The position numbers and the translations under genes were made by a program. The notes beneath the pieces are model-generated. The model saw only the letters and a program-made list of their open reading frames with translations. It was not told where the DNA came from and made no database searches. Positions 28,830-39,192 of a stretch of 64,000 nucleotides of DNA are shown here, piece by piece. Source of the stretch: Candidatus Multivoradales bacterium (GTDB lineage Bacteria; Acidobacteriota; Thermoanaerobaculia; Multivoradales; JAHEKO01); the NCBI GenBank assembly GCA_965223855.1, contig CBDCXM010000009.1, forward strand, positions 2,144,001 to 2,208,000, read 5' to 3'. The stretch's first letter is position 1. The number at the start of each line of letters is the position of its first letter.

Positions 28830-31670
28830 CTAACCACCGGCGACCACCGTCGTACCGCGCGGCCGGGCCAGGAAGCGGTCGATCTCTTCGCGGGGAACGC
28901 TCTTGTGCTCGAAGATGTTCTGGCGTCGATTGTTGTCATGAGGGTTGTTCTGCAGGTATTCGCGGGTCAGTGCCTGACTCGACTCGTCGGCCTTGAAGCG
29001 CAGGTAGTACTGACGGTGGCGGTCGGAGGTCTCGACGTCGCCGGCGCCACGATAGGAGAGCATCAGGTTGTAGTGGGCGGTCAGGTCTTCGGGGTCGATC
29101 GTCAGCACGTGCTCGAACTCCGCGATCGCCGCTTCGAATTCCCGCTTGAGGAAGTGAATCCGGCCGATCGCGTTGCGGACCACCCGATCTTCGGGATAGG
29201 GAGCGGCGGCCGTTCGGAAGTGCTCCAGCGCGCCGTCGTAGTCGCCGAGTTCCTTGTCGACGAGGCCGCTGAAGTAGTGAGCCCTCGCCAGTTGCGGCTC
29301 CATCGCCAGTGCCTGGGCGAGTACCTCCTCGGCGGCGTCGAGATCGCCCTCCGCTAGCGCCACCCGGCCGAGGTTGACCCAGCCGTCGACGTAGTCGGGC
29401 TCGAGCTCCGTCACCTTGCGGAAGGCGCGCGTCGCTCCTCTGAGGTCGCCCTGGCGCAGCAGCCCGATGCCGTAGTCGTTCCACCGCTCACGGTCGACCG
29501 AGGTGTGCGCGGGCGCGTTCATGTCGGGCAGGTCGGCTTCGGCATCGACGACCGCCAGCTTCGCACTGTCCTCGGACATGACGACGATCGGGAGGGTCGG
29601 GATCTCCTTCACCTTCCCGGAGACGTTGCTGGTGTCACCGGTGAAGACGAAATTCCGGTCGTCGAAGTCGGCGGTGAACTCGGCGCCCACCTGCTGCGGA
29701 TCGGGAACGCCGGCATAGGCCCAGTGGGTGTTGAACCAGGCGAACTTGCGGTAGTTGAGCTTCGCCTCCAGAGTGATCTCGTCCGCCGCGTCCTCCGGGA
29801 TCTCGACCCGGAAGCGGACGGTGTCGCCCGCGCCGGGGGGGATGAGCTTGGCGTAGATCACCGCTCGGTTGGCGAAGGCGTTGCGCTTGTCGATCGGGTT
29901 GCCCCGGGCGTCGATCATCAGCGCACGGTAGAAGGCGGCACCCGGTTCGACCGGCGAGTCCTCGTCCGCCATGCCGCTCCAGTAGAGGACCTTGCCGTCG
30001 GAGTCGGTCGCCTTGAGCTCGACCCAGACCTCGAACGCATCGACGGTGCCGCCCGGGAAGAAGTGGCCGACACCCCGTGTACGGACGACGACGTCGACTC
30101 GCATCGATTCTCCTCGCCGCACGGTTGCCGGCACCCGGTCGATGGGGGCGAAGATCGTCTCCGCCTCGCCATCGAGGCCGGCGCCGCTACCGACCGCCAT
30201 CCCCTGTTCCTCGCCGACCGCGAAGCTCGTGGCGAGGGCGGGTCCTTCGAGCGCCACGCCACCGTCGCCGACCGATTCGATCGGCTCCGCCTCGGTCATC
30301 GCGAAGATGTCCACCGTCACCTGACGCGCCTGGAGGAAGTCGGTCACGACCTTGAGTTGCTCCTCGTCCTGGTTGGCGATCGGCAGCGCGGTGTTCGCCC
30401 CCGGGAAGCGGTGCGAGCGGATCATCCCGTCGTGGTTGCCGGCATCGTCCGAGGGAGTCATCGGCATGTGGCAGTCGAGGCAGTTCTTGGGCTCCGGCGG
30501 GTAGTAGAACGAGCGTGCCCCGAAGCCGGAGACACCGCTCGCCTGCCAGTTGTCGTAGGAGTTGAAACCGCGGATCCAGCGGTAGTTGTTGACCGGAACG
30601 TCGAGGTGCACCTTGTGGCATGTGGCGCAGAACTGTGCCGAGTCCTCGTTCTCGAAGAACGGCTTGATGAAGGTGCGTCGGTGCGGCTCGGGGTCGAGCC
30701 TCACGAGCGCATCGTGCACCGCGTTGAGGAGGCGGTTCTCGCTCGTCGCCAGATCGTGAAGGGGCGGCACCGTGATCTCGTAGTCCCCCTGGCCCATCGT
30801 GCTCTCGACGGTCGAGATCATGTGGCAGGCGGTGCAGGAGAGACCGGTCTGCGCCTCCTCGGTGTGGACGATCTCCTTGATCGGCGTGTCCATCAGGCCG
30901 GACTGGAGCACCGCGGGATCGTGGCAGCCGCCGCACCATTTCGACGCCTCGATGCCGGCCACCTCCTGCATGTACTCGATCGACTTGCGGTACCACTGGT
31001 TGTTGAAGCTCGAGAAGTGGTGCGCCGAGCTGTTCCACTGGTCGAAGACGTCCGGATGACAACCGGAGCGGGCACAGCTCTCCGATCCCATGTAGACGTT
31101 CGAAGGCACCGTGCCCCCGTGGGTCGTCTGAACCGAAGAGGGGAAGAAGGGGCCACTCTCTCCTCCCATCGCCTCCTCGGCCATCGACAAGGGGGCGGGC
31201 GGATTGGTCAGGTCGTGGCGCGGGTCGGGATTCGCGCGCTGCCAGGCGAGCGAGGCGAACGCCGCGGCAGTCGCCAGAGGGAGCGCGACCGCCGCCAGCT
31301 TCCACTGCCGGGTACGGCGCTCGGCGAGGAACGCCAGCAGCAGCAGCACCAGGCCGGCGATCGCCAGCAGGATGTGAGCGGTGAGCCAGCCTCGATTGCC
31401 GGCCAGATTGCCGATGCGCCACAGGACGACGCTGCAACCGACCGACGCCAGCAGGGCCACTCCCCCGGTGAGCACCAGCGGCTGCCGGCGCCGGCGCCAC
31501 CACCACGGCACGAACAGCGCCGTCAGGGCGATGCCCAGCACGACATGAAGCACGATGTTGGCGAAGTAGAAGAGGACCGGGTCGCCGTGCGCGTAGAGAT
31601 AGGCGCTGTTGGCGACCAGGGCCAGGGCGCCGACGAACAAGCGCCGGTCGGTGCGGGTCTGTCGTGTCAT
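28830..31670 (-). CDS. Membrane-anchored multiheme cytochrome c with C-terminal TPRs
   Basis: About 5 N-terminal TMs; CARSGCH, CGGCH, CTACH, CATCH, CLDCH; SHRFPGAN; TPR repeats. Confidence 0.88.
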   Translation of the reverse strand: MTRQTRTDRRLFVGALALVANSAYLYAHGDPVLFYFANIVLHVVLGIALTALFVPWWWRRRRQPLVLTGGVALLASVGCSVVLWRIGNLAGNRGWLTAHILLAIAGLVLLLLAFLAERRTRQWKLAAVALPLATAAAFASLAWQRANPDPRHDLTNPPAPLSMAEEAMGGESGPFFPSSVQTTHGGTVPSNVYMGSESCARSGCHPDVFDQWNSSAHHFSSFNNQWYRKSIEYMQEVAGIEASKWCGGCHDPAVLQSGLMDTPIKEIVHTEEAQTGLSCTACHMISTVESTMGQGDYEITVPPLHDLATSENRLLNAVHDALVRLDPEPHRRTFIKPFFENEDSAQFCATCHKVHLDVPVNNYRWIRGFNSYDNWQASGVSGFGARSFYYPPEPKNCLDCHMPMTPSDDAGNHDGMIRSHRFPGANTALPIANQDEEQLKVVTDFLQARQVTVDIFAMTEAEPIESVGDGGVALEGPALATSFAVGEEQGMAVGSGAGLDGEAETIFAPIDRVPATVRRGESMRVDVVVRTRGVGHFFPGGTVDAFEVWVELKATDSDGKVLYWSGMADEDSPVEPGAAFYRALMIDARGNPIDKRNAFANRAVIYAKLIPPGAGDTVRFRVEIPEDAADEITLEAKLNYRKFAWFNTHWAYAGVPDPQQVGAEFTADFDDRNFVFTGDTSNVSGKVKEIPTLPIVVMSEDSAKLAVVDAEADLPDMNAPAHTSVDRERWNDYGIGLLRQGDLRGATRAFRKVTELEPDYVDGWVNLGRVALAEGDLDAAEEVLAQALAMEPQLARAHYFSGLVDKELGDYDGALEHFRTAAAPYPEDRVVRNAIGRIHFLKREFEAAIAEFEHVLTIDPEDLTAHYNLMLSYRGAGDVETSDRHRQYYLRFKADESSQALTREYLQNNPHDNNRRQNIFEHKSVPREEIDRFLARPRGTTVVAGG

Positions 31671-31961
31671 GGCAGTGAGCTACCGGGGAAGTGGGTGGAT
31701 GCCTGCGGCGAAGAATACAAGGAGGTTGCCCGAAGATGTTGCAGGTCGCGTACCAACGAAGGGGTGGCCTGCGAGCGGGTCTCAGGAGGCTTCGGCGGCC
31801 TTCAGTTCGTAGATTCTACGATCGGCGGGCGTAAGCGTTATGGTGCGCGAGTCCCGAGCTCGAGCGCATCTTCCCGGGGAGTGCAGGAAGCGGAGTGGAG
31901 GAAACGGCCGTCGCGAGGGGCATTGTCCCGCCGGGACCGGAGAAGGCGACCGGAAGGCACG

Positions 31962-33776
31962 TCACCGCCCGGACTTGTCGACGAGGCGTATCTGGTCGGT
32001 GACCACCGAGATCTCGCCGCTGAACTCGTCTCGTACCGCTACCGCCACCTCCCACTCGCGACCTCGCGGCAGGGGCAGGCGCACCACGTAGTGGAAGTCC
32101 TCGCGCTCGTCGCCGGCCTCCACGGTCACCGTCAGTTGCTTGTGACCGATCGGCAGGGTGGCGCCATAGTCGTTGCGGGCGCCCACGAACACCGAAAGAA
32201 GCCCCTGCCGGCCTTCTCCGGAACCGATCAGCTCGATCCGCCGCAGGGGGACTCTCAACTCTGCGTCGACCTGGGCGGTCCTGCGGTCGCCTCCCGCGCT
32301 CTCTGCAGTCTCGAGACGGACGCGATGCGGATTGCTCTGCTGCCGATGGTAGAGAGCGGCAAGCACGGTCGCGGCGCCGGTCTCGTCCCTCGTCGTGGCG
32401 GTGTAGCTGCGCCGGTAGAAGAGGCGGACTCCAGGCCGATCGACCTCCAGTCGCAGGGAGTGAGCGCCCGACACCGACTGAGGCGGGTAGAAGCCGACCT
32501 CGTAGCGAGCCGAGCGGTCCTCGAGGAAACGGGTGAAGCCTCGGCGGAAGTCGTTGGTGTCGAACGTGGCCCGGCCGCCGGTCTCGTCGGCCAGCAGAAA
32601 GAGCGGATCCTGGTCGTTGGTACGAGTTCCACTGAGAGTCGCTCCCGTCATCCGAGCCCCGTCGACGTCGGAGGCGGTCACCGCCGCGAGTCCCGAGGCC
32701 TGCACCGTGTAGAGGGTGACCCGATGAGTATTCGCCATCGCGGCGACCTGCGACCAGAGTGGGGCGGTACTGAGCTCCTGAAGCGCGAGGCGCGCCGCCG
32801 AGGGATAGAAGCGCGCTGGCGGACAGCAGGCGAGGATCGAGGAGGTGCCGATCCCCTGGGAGACGGCCGAACCGTCGCACAGCGAGATCAGGTGTTCGAG
32901 CCCGTCCTGCCCTGCGATGAGAGGTATCCCGTCGCTGACGTGGAGCAGGGTCTTGGCGCCCGGGTAGGCGGCGAGCGACTTCATGAACTCCTCGAGGGCG
33001 AGTGCCGTCGCCTCGACCCGGCCTCGTTCCTGCTCCGCGAAAGCCCGTGCGTAGCTGCCGACCGTGTTGCACGCCTGCTCCCTCACCTCGGCCGTGCCGG
33101 TGGTCGAACGTCTGAGCAGGATCTCGAGCTCGGTGGCGAGCGTCTGCTCGATGTCGCGCGCGAAGTCGCGCCGCTCCCGGTGGATGCTCAACCTCTGCGA
33201 GCCGAAGAGGTACTCGGCCGCCAGAACCTGCGCCAGCTTCTTACGATCGCGGGTGGGCGGCAGCCGCACGTTGAGCACGCCGTCGAAGGTGACGACCATG
33301 ACTTCGGCCCGCGGGTCGAGCCGCTCCGCGAAAACCGCCTCCAGCTGTTCGACCGCGCGACCGCGGCTCGACGGCAGGAGGCGGAGCTGATCGAGGAAGA
33401 CGATGAGCAGCCCTTCGTTTCGAGTGACGGCGCTCGGGCCGGAGGATTCCCTGGCAGCGTCTGCCCCCCGAGCCCCGGTCGGCCTTCCCGAAGGCGGGGA
33501 GAAGTGGTCGATCGTCGCCGGCTCGCCATCGTGGAACAGTCGGAACTCGGATGGCTCGAGGTCGGTCACGACGCCTCCCGACCGATCGACGGCCAGCACG
33601 TCGAGGACGACCAGATCGACGGCCACCTCCTGGGAGAAGCGCCGCTGGGTCGGTTCGACGACGACCCCGGAAGGCGCCTGCGCAAACGGGTTCCTTGCCT
33701 CGTCGTTCTCCTGAGCGAGGGCGACGGTCAGGCTCGACGCGATCAGGGCGCCGGCCGTGATGGGGAGCAGCTTCAT
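31962..33776 (-). CDS. Secreted VWA-domain protein (Acidobacteria-type)
   Basis: Signal peptide; V.VDLVVLDV..VDRSG..VTDL...EF, PGAKTLLHVSDG, LADETGG, YEVGFYP. Confidence 0.82.
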   Translation of the reverse strand: MKLLPITAGALIASSLTVALAQENDEARNPFAQAPSGVVVEPTQRRFSQEVAVDLVVLDVLAVDRSGGVVTDLEPSEFRLFHDGEPATIDHFSPPSGRPTGARGADAARESSGPSAVTRNEGLLIVFLDQLRLLPSSRGRAVEQLEAVFAERLDPRAEVMVVTFDGVLNVRLPPTRDRKKLAQVLAAEYLFGSQRLSIHRERRDFARDIEQTLATELEILLRRSTTGTAEVREQACNTVGSYARAFAEQERGRVEATALALEEFMKSLAAYPGAKTLLHVSDGIPLIAGQDGLEHLISLCDGSAVSQGIGTSSILACCPPARFYPSAARLALQELSTAPLWSQVAAMANTHRVTLYTVQASGLAAVTASDVDGARMTGATLSGTRTNDQDPLFLLADETGGRATFDTNDFRRGFTRFLEDRSARYEVGFYPPQSVSGAHSLRLEVDRPGVRLFYRRSYTATTRDETGAATVLAALYHRQQSNPHRVRLETAESAGGDRRTAQVDAELRVPLRRIELIGSGEGRQGLLSVFVGARNDYGATLPIGHKQLTVTVEAGDEREDFHYVVRLPLPRGREWEVAVAVRDEFSGEISVVTDQIRLVDKSGR

Positions 33777-33870
33777 GGGATCCGAAGGGCGGAACCGAGT
33801 CGACCGGGGGCAAATTCCTACCGTCGAGCTCGCCCGCGTCGGCAGGGAGAGCGGCGGATAGAATCACATC

Positions 33871-34935
33871 ATGGCCGAACCGATGCGTCCCATCGAGATC
33901 GCGAAGGCGCTGAGCCGCCGGGTCGTCGGGCAGGAGGAGGCGATCAAGGAGTTGTCGATCGCGCTGGCGAAGAAGCTTCAGGGTCTCGCCACCGGCAACG
34001 TCCTGATGATCGGCTCGTCGGGTACCGGCAAGACGACGATGATGCGCGCGGTCGAGGCGTGGCTCGCCGAGCGGGACGATCCGGATCAGGATTGGCCGCT
34101 CGTGCGCGTCCACGCCAACGTGCTGGCGGAGGAGGCGTCGAAGGACCGGCCCGGTGAGGCTGTGCTCCTGAGGCTACTCGCCAGAGCGCGGGAGACGAGC
34201 GGCGACGCGACGGTCGAGCAACTGCTGGAGAAATGCGGCAACGGTCTCGTCTTCGTCGACGAGATCGACAAGATCCGCAGCCATGTCGGCGGGCAGCCCA
34301 ACACGGCCGGCATCCGGGCGCAGGAGGCGCTGCTGACCCTGATCGAGAACGAGGCGGTGCCGTTCGAGCTGCCTTCCTGGGCCGGCGGCGTGCCGGTGAC
34401 GATCGACGCCTCCCACATCCTCTTCATCGCCGGCGGCGCCTTCGAGGGCCTTTACGACTCGGTCTACGACCGGGTGACGGTAGGAGACGACCGCGGATCG
34501 CTTCAGGCGATGAGTGTCTTCGACTCGGCCGGTGCGGTGCAGCAGGAGATGCAGTTCTCGCTGCGCGAGTGGCTGCGCTACGAGGACCTCTTCGACTACG
34601 GCCTCACACCGCAGTTCCTGGCGCGTTTCGATTCCGTCGTCCTGCTCGATGACCTGAGCGAGGACGCCCTGGTCAGGATCTTCCTCGAGAACCCCGACTC
34701 GGGGCTCGCCGAGGCGCGTGCCTACTTCGAGGCTCAGGGGACCGACCTCGCGATCTCACCGGCGGCGGTGAGGCGGATCGCTCAGGAGGCGAGACGCCAG
34801 CCCCGCCTGGGTGCGCGGGCGCTGAAAGAGGTCTTCCGCCGTGTGATGCGTGACGTCGAGTTCGACCCGAAAGGCAACGTGGGCGGTGCGCTGATGATCG
34901 ACCTGCCGGAGGTCGAGGCGGCGCTGGCCGACTAG
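33871..34935 (+). CDS. ClpX/HslU-like AAA+ ATPase (atypical)
   Basis: VVGQEEA, NVLMIGSSGTGKT, VFVDEIDKI, QEALL.LIE, ILFIAGGAF, PQFLARF, GARAL. Confidence 0.85.
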   Translation: MAEPMRPIEIAKALSRRVVGQEEAIKELSIALAKKLQGLATGNVLMIGSSGTGKTTMMRAVEAWLAERDDPDQDWPLVRVHANVLAEEASKDRPGEAVLLRLLARARETSGDATVEQLLEKCGNGLVFVDEIDKIRSHVGGQPNTAGIRAQEALLTLIENEAVPFELPSWAGGVPVTIDASHILFIAGGAFEGLYDSVYDRVTVGDDRGSLQAMSVFDSAGAVQQEMQFSLREWLRYEDLFDYGLTPQFLARFDSVVLLDDLSEDALVRIFLENPDSGLAEARAYFEAQGTDLAISPAAVRRIAQEARRQPRLGARALKEVFRRVMRDVEFDPKGNVGGALMIDLPEVEAALAD

Positions 34936-35600
34936 CCCGTCGGTTTCCGGAGCCGCTTGACGAGGGCGGGAAGGAGACTGAGGAACAGCAGGGCGAAGAC
35001 GGCCAGCGCCCCGTTGCGCAGGAGTACCGCCACGTCGGCACCGGCGCTCTCGGCCAGCAGGTGGCCGACGTAGGTGTAGACGAGGATCGGTGGGGTCAGG
35101 CCGATGAGCGACGACAGCACGAACGGCCCCAGCTTCATCCCGGACAGCCCTCCGGCGAAGTTGACGGCGACGAGCGGCAGCATCCACCGGGCGCGGATCA
35201 TCGCGAAAATGCCGTGATCCGCCACCAGGCGGTCGAGGCGCTTCTCACGCTCGGGTCCGATCCAGCGGCCGATCATCTCGCGGCCGAGCCCGCGCGAGAG
35301 GACATAGCCGGCGCAAGCGCCGAGCAGGCAGCCGGCGACGTTGAGGACCGACCCCGGGAGCCAGCCGAAGATGGCCCCGCCGGAGAGCACCACCGGTGTG
35401 ACGGGCAGCGGCAGGCAGCCGATGGCGAAGCAGAGGCCGAGAAGGGCGAACGGTGTCCACCACTGGCCTCGCAGCACCGCGATGATCTCTCCCGGCGAGG
35501 AGCCGGCAAGCCACTCGACGAGGCCGAGCTTCCACGCCACGGCGATGCCGCCGCCTACGATCGCGATCAGGAGGACGAACTTGAGCGCCGGCGACCGCAA
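34932..35600 (-). CDS. TVP38/TMEM64 (DedA/VTT) membrane protein; start uncertain
   Basis: P.TPVVLSGGAIFG, GY.LSR.LGR, NFAGGLSGM...F...S.IGL.P. Confidence 0.82.
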   Translation of the reverse strand: MRSPALKFVLLIAIVGGGIAVAWKLGLVEWLAGSSPGEIIAVLRGQWWTPFALLGLCFAIGCLPLPVTPVVLSGGAIFGWLPGSVLNVAGCLLGACAGYVLSRGLGREMIGRWIGPEREKRLDRLVADHGIFAMIRARWMLPLVAVNFAGGLSGMKLGPFVLSSLIGLTPPILVYTYVGHLLAESAGADVAVLLRNGALAVFALLFLSLLPALVKRLRKPTG

Positions 35601-35605
35601 CCCGG

Positions 35606-35932
35606 CTACTCCGACTCGTCGGAGCCGGCGCCGGGGTTGCTCAGGTTGACGTCCGGCGGCAGGGTCGACAGCCCGGCCGCCGGCTGTTCGCCGTCCGCGC
35701 CGTCGAGGGCGAAGAACTCGCGCATCTGGCCGACCAGTACCGGCAGCGCCCGCGGGTCCATGAAGTTGAGCTTGAGCTCGTTGATCACCATGACTTCGGC
35801 GCGCTGCCATTCGTTCCAGCAGTCGACGCAGACGCGTTCGCGAACCTCCGCCTCGAGCTCGGGCGTATAGAAGATGCCCGATCCGATCGCCCCCGCCTCA
35901 CGCCGGCAGCGGGAGCACTCGACGGTCGCCAT
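35606..35932 (-). CDS. Fe(II)-trafficking / oxidative damage protection protein (YggX family)
   Basis: MATVECSRC...VCVDCWNEW....MVINE.KLN..DP....L..QM.EFF. Confidence 0.85.
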   Translation of the reverse strand: MATVECSRCRREAGAIGSGIFYTPELEAEVRERVCVDCWNEWQRAEVMVINELKLNFMDPRALPVLVGQMREFFALDGADGEQPAAGLSTLPPDVNLSNPGAGSDESE

Positions 35933-36879
35933 CAGTCGGCCTCGGTCGCGAGCAGTTCGCGGAAGTAGTCGATCGTCGCCGCGAGCCCGTCCTCGAGCTC
36001 GACCTGCGGGCCCCAACCGAGTACCTCGGACGCCTTGGTGATGTCGGGTTGGCGGATCTTCGGATCGTCGACCGGCAGATCCTTGTAGACGATCTCGCTC
36101 GCACTGCCGGTGATGGCGAGGATCTTCTCGGCGAACTCGAGCACGCTCATCTCGCGCGGGTTGCCGATGTTGGTCGGCTCGACCTCGTCCGAGAGCAACA
36201 GCCGGTAGATGCCGTCGACCAGGTCGGAGACATAGCAGAAGGAACGGGTCTGGCTGCCATCGCCGAAGACGGTCAGCGGCTCGCCCTTGAGTGCCTGATC
36301 GATGAACGCCGGGACGACGCGGCCGTCGCGCGGCCGCATCCGCGGGCCGTAGGTGTTGAAGATCCGGACGATCCGCGTCTCGACACCGTGGTAGCGGTGG
36401 TAGGCCATGGCGATCGCCTCGGCGAAGCGCTTCGCCTCGTCGTAGACCCCCCGAGGACCGACCGGGTTGACGTTGCCCCAGTAGCTCTCCGGTTGCGGAT
36501 GGATGAGCGGGTCACCGTAGACCTCGGAGGTCGAGGCGAGCAGGTAGCGCGCCCCCTTCGCCTTGGCCAGGCCGAGAGTGTTGTGCGTGCCCAGAGATCC
36601 GACCTTGAGCGTCTGGATCGGCAGTTCGAGATAGTCGATCGGGCTCGCCGGCGAGGCGAAGTGAAGGACGTTGTCGACCTCGTCGTCGAGATAAAGCGGC
36701 TTCGAGATGTCGTGCTCGAGGAACGAGTAGTCGTCGCGTTCCCGCAGGTGTGCGATGTTGGCGAGGTTGCCGGTGATGAGGTTGTCGACACAGATCACCC
36801 GGTGCCCCTCGGCGAGGAGGCGATCGGACAGATGCGAGCCGAGAAAGCCGGCGCCGCCGGTGACGACGGTAGTGGTCAT
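35932..36879 (-). CDS. UDP-glucuronate decarboxylase (UDP-xylose synthase) family SDR
   Basis: [44 protein letters not shown]. Confidence 0.92.
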   Translation of the reverse strand: MTTTVVTGGAGFLGSHLSDRLLAEGHRVICVDNLITGNLANIAHLRERDDYSFLEHDISKPLYLDDEVDNVLHFASPASPIDYLELPIQTLKVGSLGTHNTLGLAKAKGARYLLASTSEVYGDPLIHPQPESYWGNVNPVGPRGVYDEAKRFAEAIAMAYHRYHGVETRIVRIFNTYGPRMRPRDGRVVPAFIDQALKGEPLTVFGDGSQTRSFCYVSDLVDGIYRLLLSDEVEPTNIGNPREMSVLEFAEKILAITGSASEIVYKDLPVDDPKIRQPDITKASEVLGWGPQVELEDGLAATIDYFRELLATEAD

Positions 36880-38204
36880 GCGTCGTCTCCCTTTCGCGGG
36901 GCGCCGTCCGGCCGCCCTAGCGAGACGTAGCGGAAGCCGGCGGCACCCATCTTGCCGGGCTCGTAGATGTTGCGCAGATCGACGATCAACGGAGCGCTCA
37001 GGAGCTTCTTCAGTCGATCGGTGTCGAGAAACCGGAAGCGGTTCCACTCGGTGAGGATGACGACGCCGTCGGCGCCGTCGGCGGCGTCGTAGGGGCTGTC
37101 GCAGAAGACGACGTCGTCCCACAGCTCTCGGCAGGCGTCCATCGCCGCCGGGTCGAACGCGCGCACCGTGGCGCCCGACTCCCGCAGGCCGTCGACGACC
37201 GTCAGTGCGGGAGACTCGCGGATGTCGTCGGTCTCCGGCTTGAACGACAGGCCGAGGACGGCCACGGTGCGGCCGTCGAGGCCTCCGAAGGCGTCGGAGA
37301 TCTTGTCGAGCATCCGGTTACGGGTGTCGTCGTTCGCTTCGATCACCGCGTCCATGATCTTGAAACGCAGTCCATGGTCGCGGGCGATCTGCGCCACCGC
37401 ACGCGAGTCCTTGGGGAAGCACGAGCCGCCGTAGCCGGGACCGGGATGCAGGAACTTGGGGCCGATCCGGTTGTCGAGCCCCATGCCGCGAGCGACCGTC
37501 TCGACGTCGGCGCCGAGGCGCTCGCACAGGTGCGCGATCTCGTTGATGAACGTGATCTTGGCGGCGAGGAAGCCGTTCGAGGCGTACTTGATGAGCTCTG
37601 CGCTCTCGACGTCGGTGACGACGAACGGGACGTCGGCGACCCGCAGTGGAGAGTAGACCTCGAGCATGATGTCGATCGCCCGCGGATCGCGGCTGCCGAT
37701 CACGACGCGATCGGGGTTCATGAAGTCTTCGATCGCCGAGCCCTCGCGCAGGAACTCGGGGTTGCTCACAACGGCGAAGTTGTCGCCGCCACTCGTCTCG
37801 CGGGCGATCTCCTCGACCATCTGCCCGGTGCCGACCGGGACGGTGCTCTTGGTGACGATCACTTTGTAGCCGTTGAGGTGGTTGCCGATCGATTCGGCGA
37901 CCTGCCGGATGTACTTGAGGTCGGCCGAGCCGTCGGGCCGCGGCGGCGTGCCGACGGCGATGAAGACGACGGTCGCCGCTTCGAGCGCCGGGCCGAGCTC
38001 GGTGGTGAACGAGAGTCGGCCCTGCTCGGCGTTCTTGCGGACGAGTTCGTCGAGACCCGGCTCGTAGATGGGGATCTCTCCCCGCCGGAGGGCGGCGACC
38101 TTGTCGGCATCGACGTCGACACCGGTCACGTGCATGCCGAAATCGGCGAGGCAAGCCCCGGTGACGAGGCCGACATAGCCGCTGCCGACTACGCAGACGT
38201 TCAT
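36876..38204 (-). CDS. ugd: UDP-glucose 6-dehydrogenase
   Basis: [50 protein letters not shown]. Confidence 0.95.
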   Translation of the reverse strand: MNVCVVGSGYVGLVTGACLADFGMHVTGVDVDADKVAALRRGEIPIYEPGLDELVRKNAEQGRLSFTTELGPALEAATVVFIAVGTPPRPDGSADLKYIRQVAESIGNHLNGYKVIVTKSTVPVGTGQMVEEIARETSGGDNFAVVSNPEFLREGSAIEDFMNPDRVVIGSRDPRAIDIMLEVYSPLRVADVPFVVTDVESAELIKYASNGFLAAKITFINEIAHLCERLGADVETVARGMGLDNRIGPKFLHPGPGYGGSCFPKDSRAVAQIARDHGLRFKIMDAVIEANDDTRNRMLDKISDAFGGLDGRTVAVLGLSFKPETDDIRESPALTVVDGLRESGATVRAFDPAAMDACRELWDDVVFCDSPYDAADGADGVVILTEWNRFRFLDTDRLKKLLSAPLIVDLRNIYEPGKMGAAGFRYVSLGRPDGAPRKGDDA

Positions 38205-38208
38205 GGAT

Positions 38209-39171
38209 TCAACCTATCGAAGGAGGGTGGTGTCGGTACCAGTCGACGAAGCGCCGTAGGCCTTCGCGAATCGGTACCTTGGGGGAGTAGTCGAGGAGGA
38301 GGCCCGCCTTTGTGACGTCCGCGTAGGTGATGGGGACGTCGCCGGGCTGGTCGGGAAGATACTCGATGCTCGGTTCCACTTCAAGCGCCTCGGCGAGGTG
38401 CCGGACGAGGTCGCCCAGCGAGGTCGTCTCCGCCCCTCCGAGGTTGAAGATCTCGAAGCCGAACTCGGCGTCGAGCGAGGCAACGATTCCGTCGACGATG
38501 TCCGAGATGAAGGTGTAGTCACGCCGGCTCGAGCCGTCGCCGTAGAGCGGAATCGTCTCGCCGCGCGCCAGCAGATCGGTGAACTTGTGGATCGCCATCT
38601 CCGGCCGCTGTGCGGGCCCGTAGACGGTGAAGAAGCGCAGGCACGAGGTCTTGAGCCCGTAGAGGTGGTGGTAGTTGTAGCAGAGCAGCTCGCCGGCCCG
38701 CTTGGTCGTGGCGTAGGGGCTGATCGGCTGGTTGACCTCGTCGCTCTCCGCGAACGGCACCTTCTCGTTGATGCCGTAGACCGACGACGACGAGCCGAAG
38801 ATGAACACGTCCGGCCCGTGGTGTCGCGCCGCTTCGAGCAGGTGCAACGTGCCGATGCAGTTGACCTCTTCGTAGAGGATCGGCTGGGCGAGGCTCGGTC
38901 GGACGCCCGCTCGCGCGGCGAGGTGGATCACTCCGTCGAAGCGCCCGTCCCGGAAAAGCCGATCCACCAGTTCGGCGTCGCGGATGTCGCCCTCGACCAG
39001 TCGGTAGTCGTCGCGCTCGAGGAACGGTTCGACGTTCGCACGCTTGCGCGCCGGGTCGTAGTAGTCGTTGAAGTCGTCGAGCACCGTCACCGTGTCGCCG
39101 CGATCGAGCAGCCTGCGGGTCAGGTGCGAGCCGATGAAGCCGGCGCCGCCGGTAACGAGATGGTGAGCCAT
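38209..39171 (-). CDS. UDP-glucuronate 4-epimerase-like SDR
   Basis: TGGAGFIG, HLAARAGVRPS, SSSSVYG, PISPYATTK, LRFFTVYGP.QRP.MA, QPGDV. Confidence 0.9.
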   Translation of the reverse strand: MAHHLVTGGAGFIGSHLTRRLLDRGDTVTVLDDFNDYYDPARKRANVEPFLERDDYRLVEGDIRDAELVDRLFRDGRFDGVIHLAARAGVRPSLAQPILYEEVNCIGTLHLLEAARHHGPDVFIFGSSSSVYGINEKVPFAESDEVNQPISPYATTKRAGELLCYNYHHLYGLKTSCLRFFTVYGPAQRPEMAIHKFTDLLARGETIPLYGDGSSRRDYTFISDIVDGIVASLDAEFGFEIFNLGGAETTSLGDLVRHLAEALEVEPSIEYLPDQPGDVPITYADVTKAGLLLDYSPKVPIREGLRRFVDWYRHHPPSIG

Positions 39172-39192
39172 GATGGGGTAGGCGGAATCGCC

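Noticed and set aside
31726-31824. Short Arg-rich ORF (MLQVAYQRR...) after an AAGGAGG in the 31671-31961 gap; coordinates approximate
   Set aside because: About 32 aa with atypical codon use, overlapping hairpins and the upstream region of the minus-strand gene; no independent support
29505-34157. 1550-aa + strand ORF and other long shadow ORFs (e.g. 47605-50544, 61511-63691, 38398-40518, 8095-10185)
   Set aside because: Antisense or alternate frames of well-supported genes; R/G/A-rich with no motifs, as expected from stop-codon scarcity at high GC
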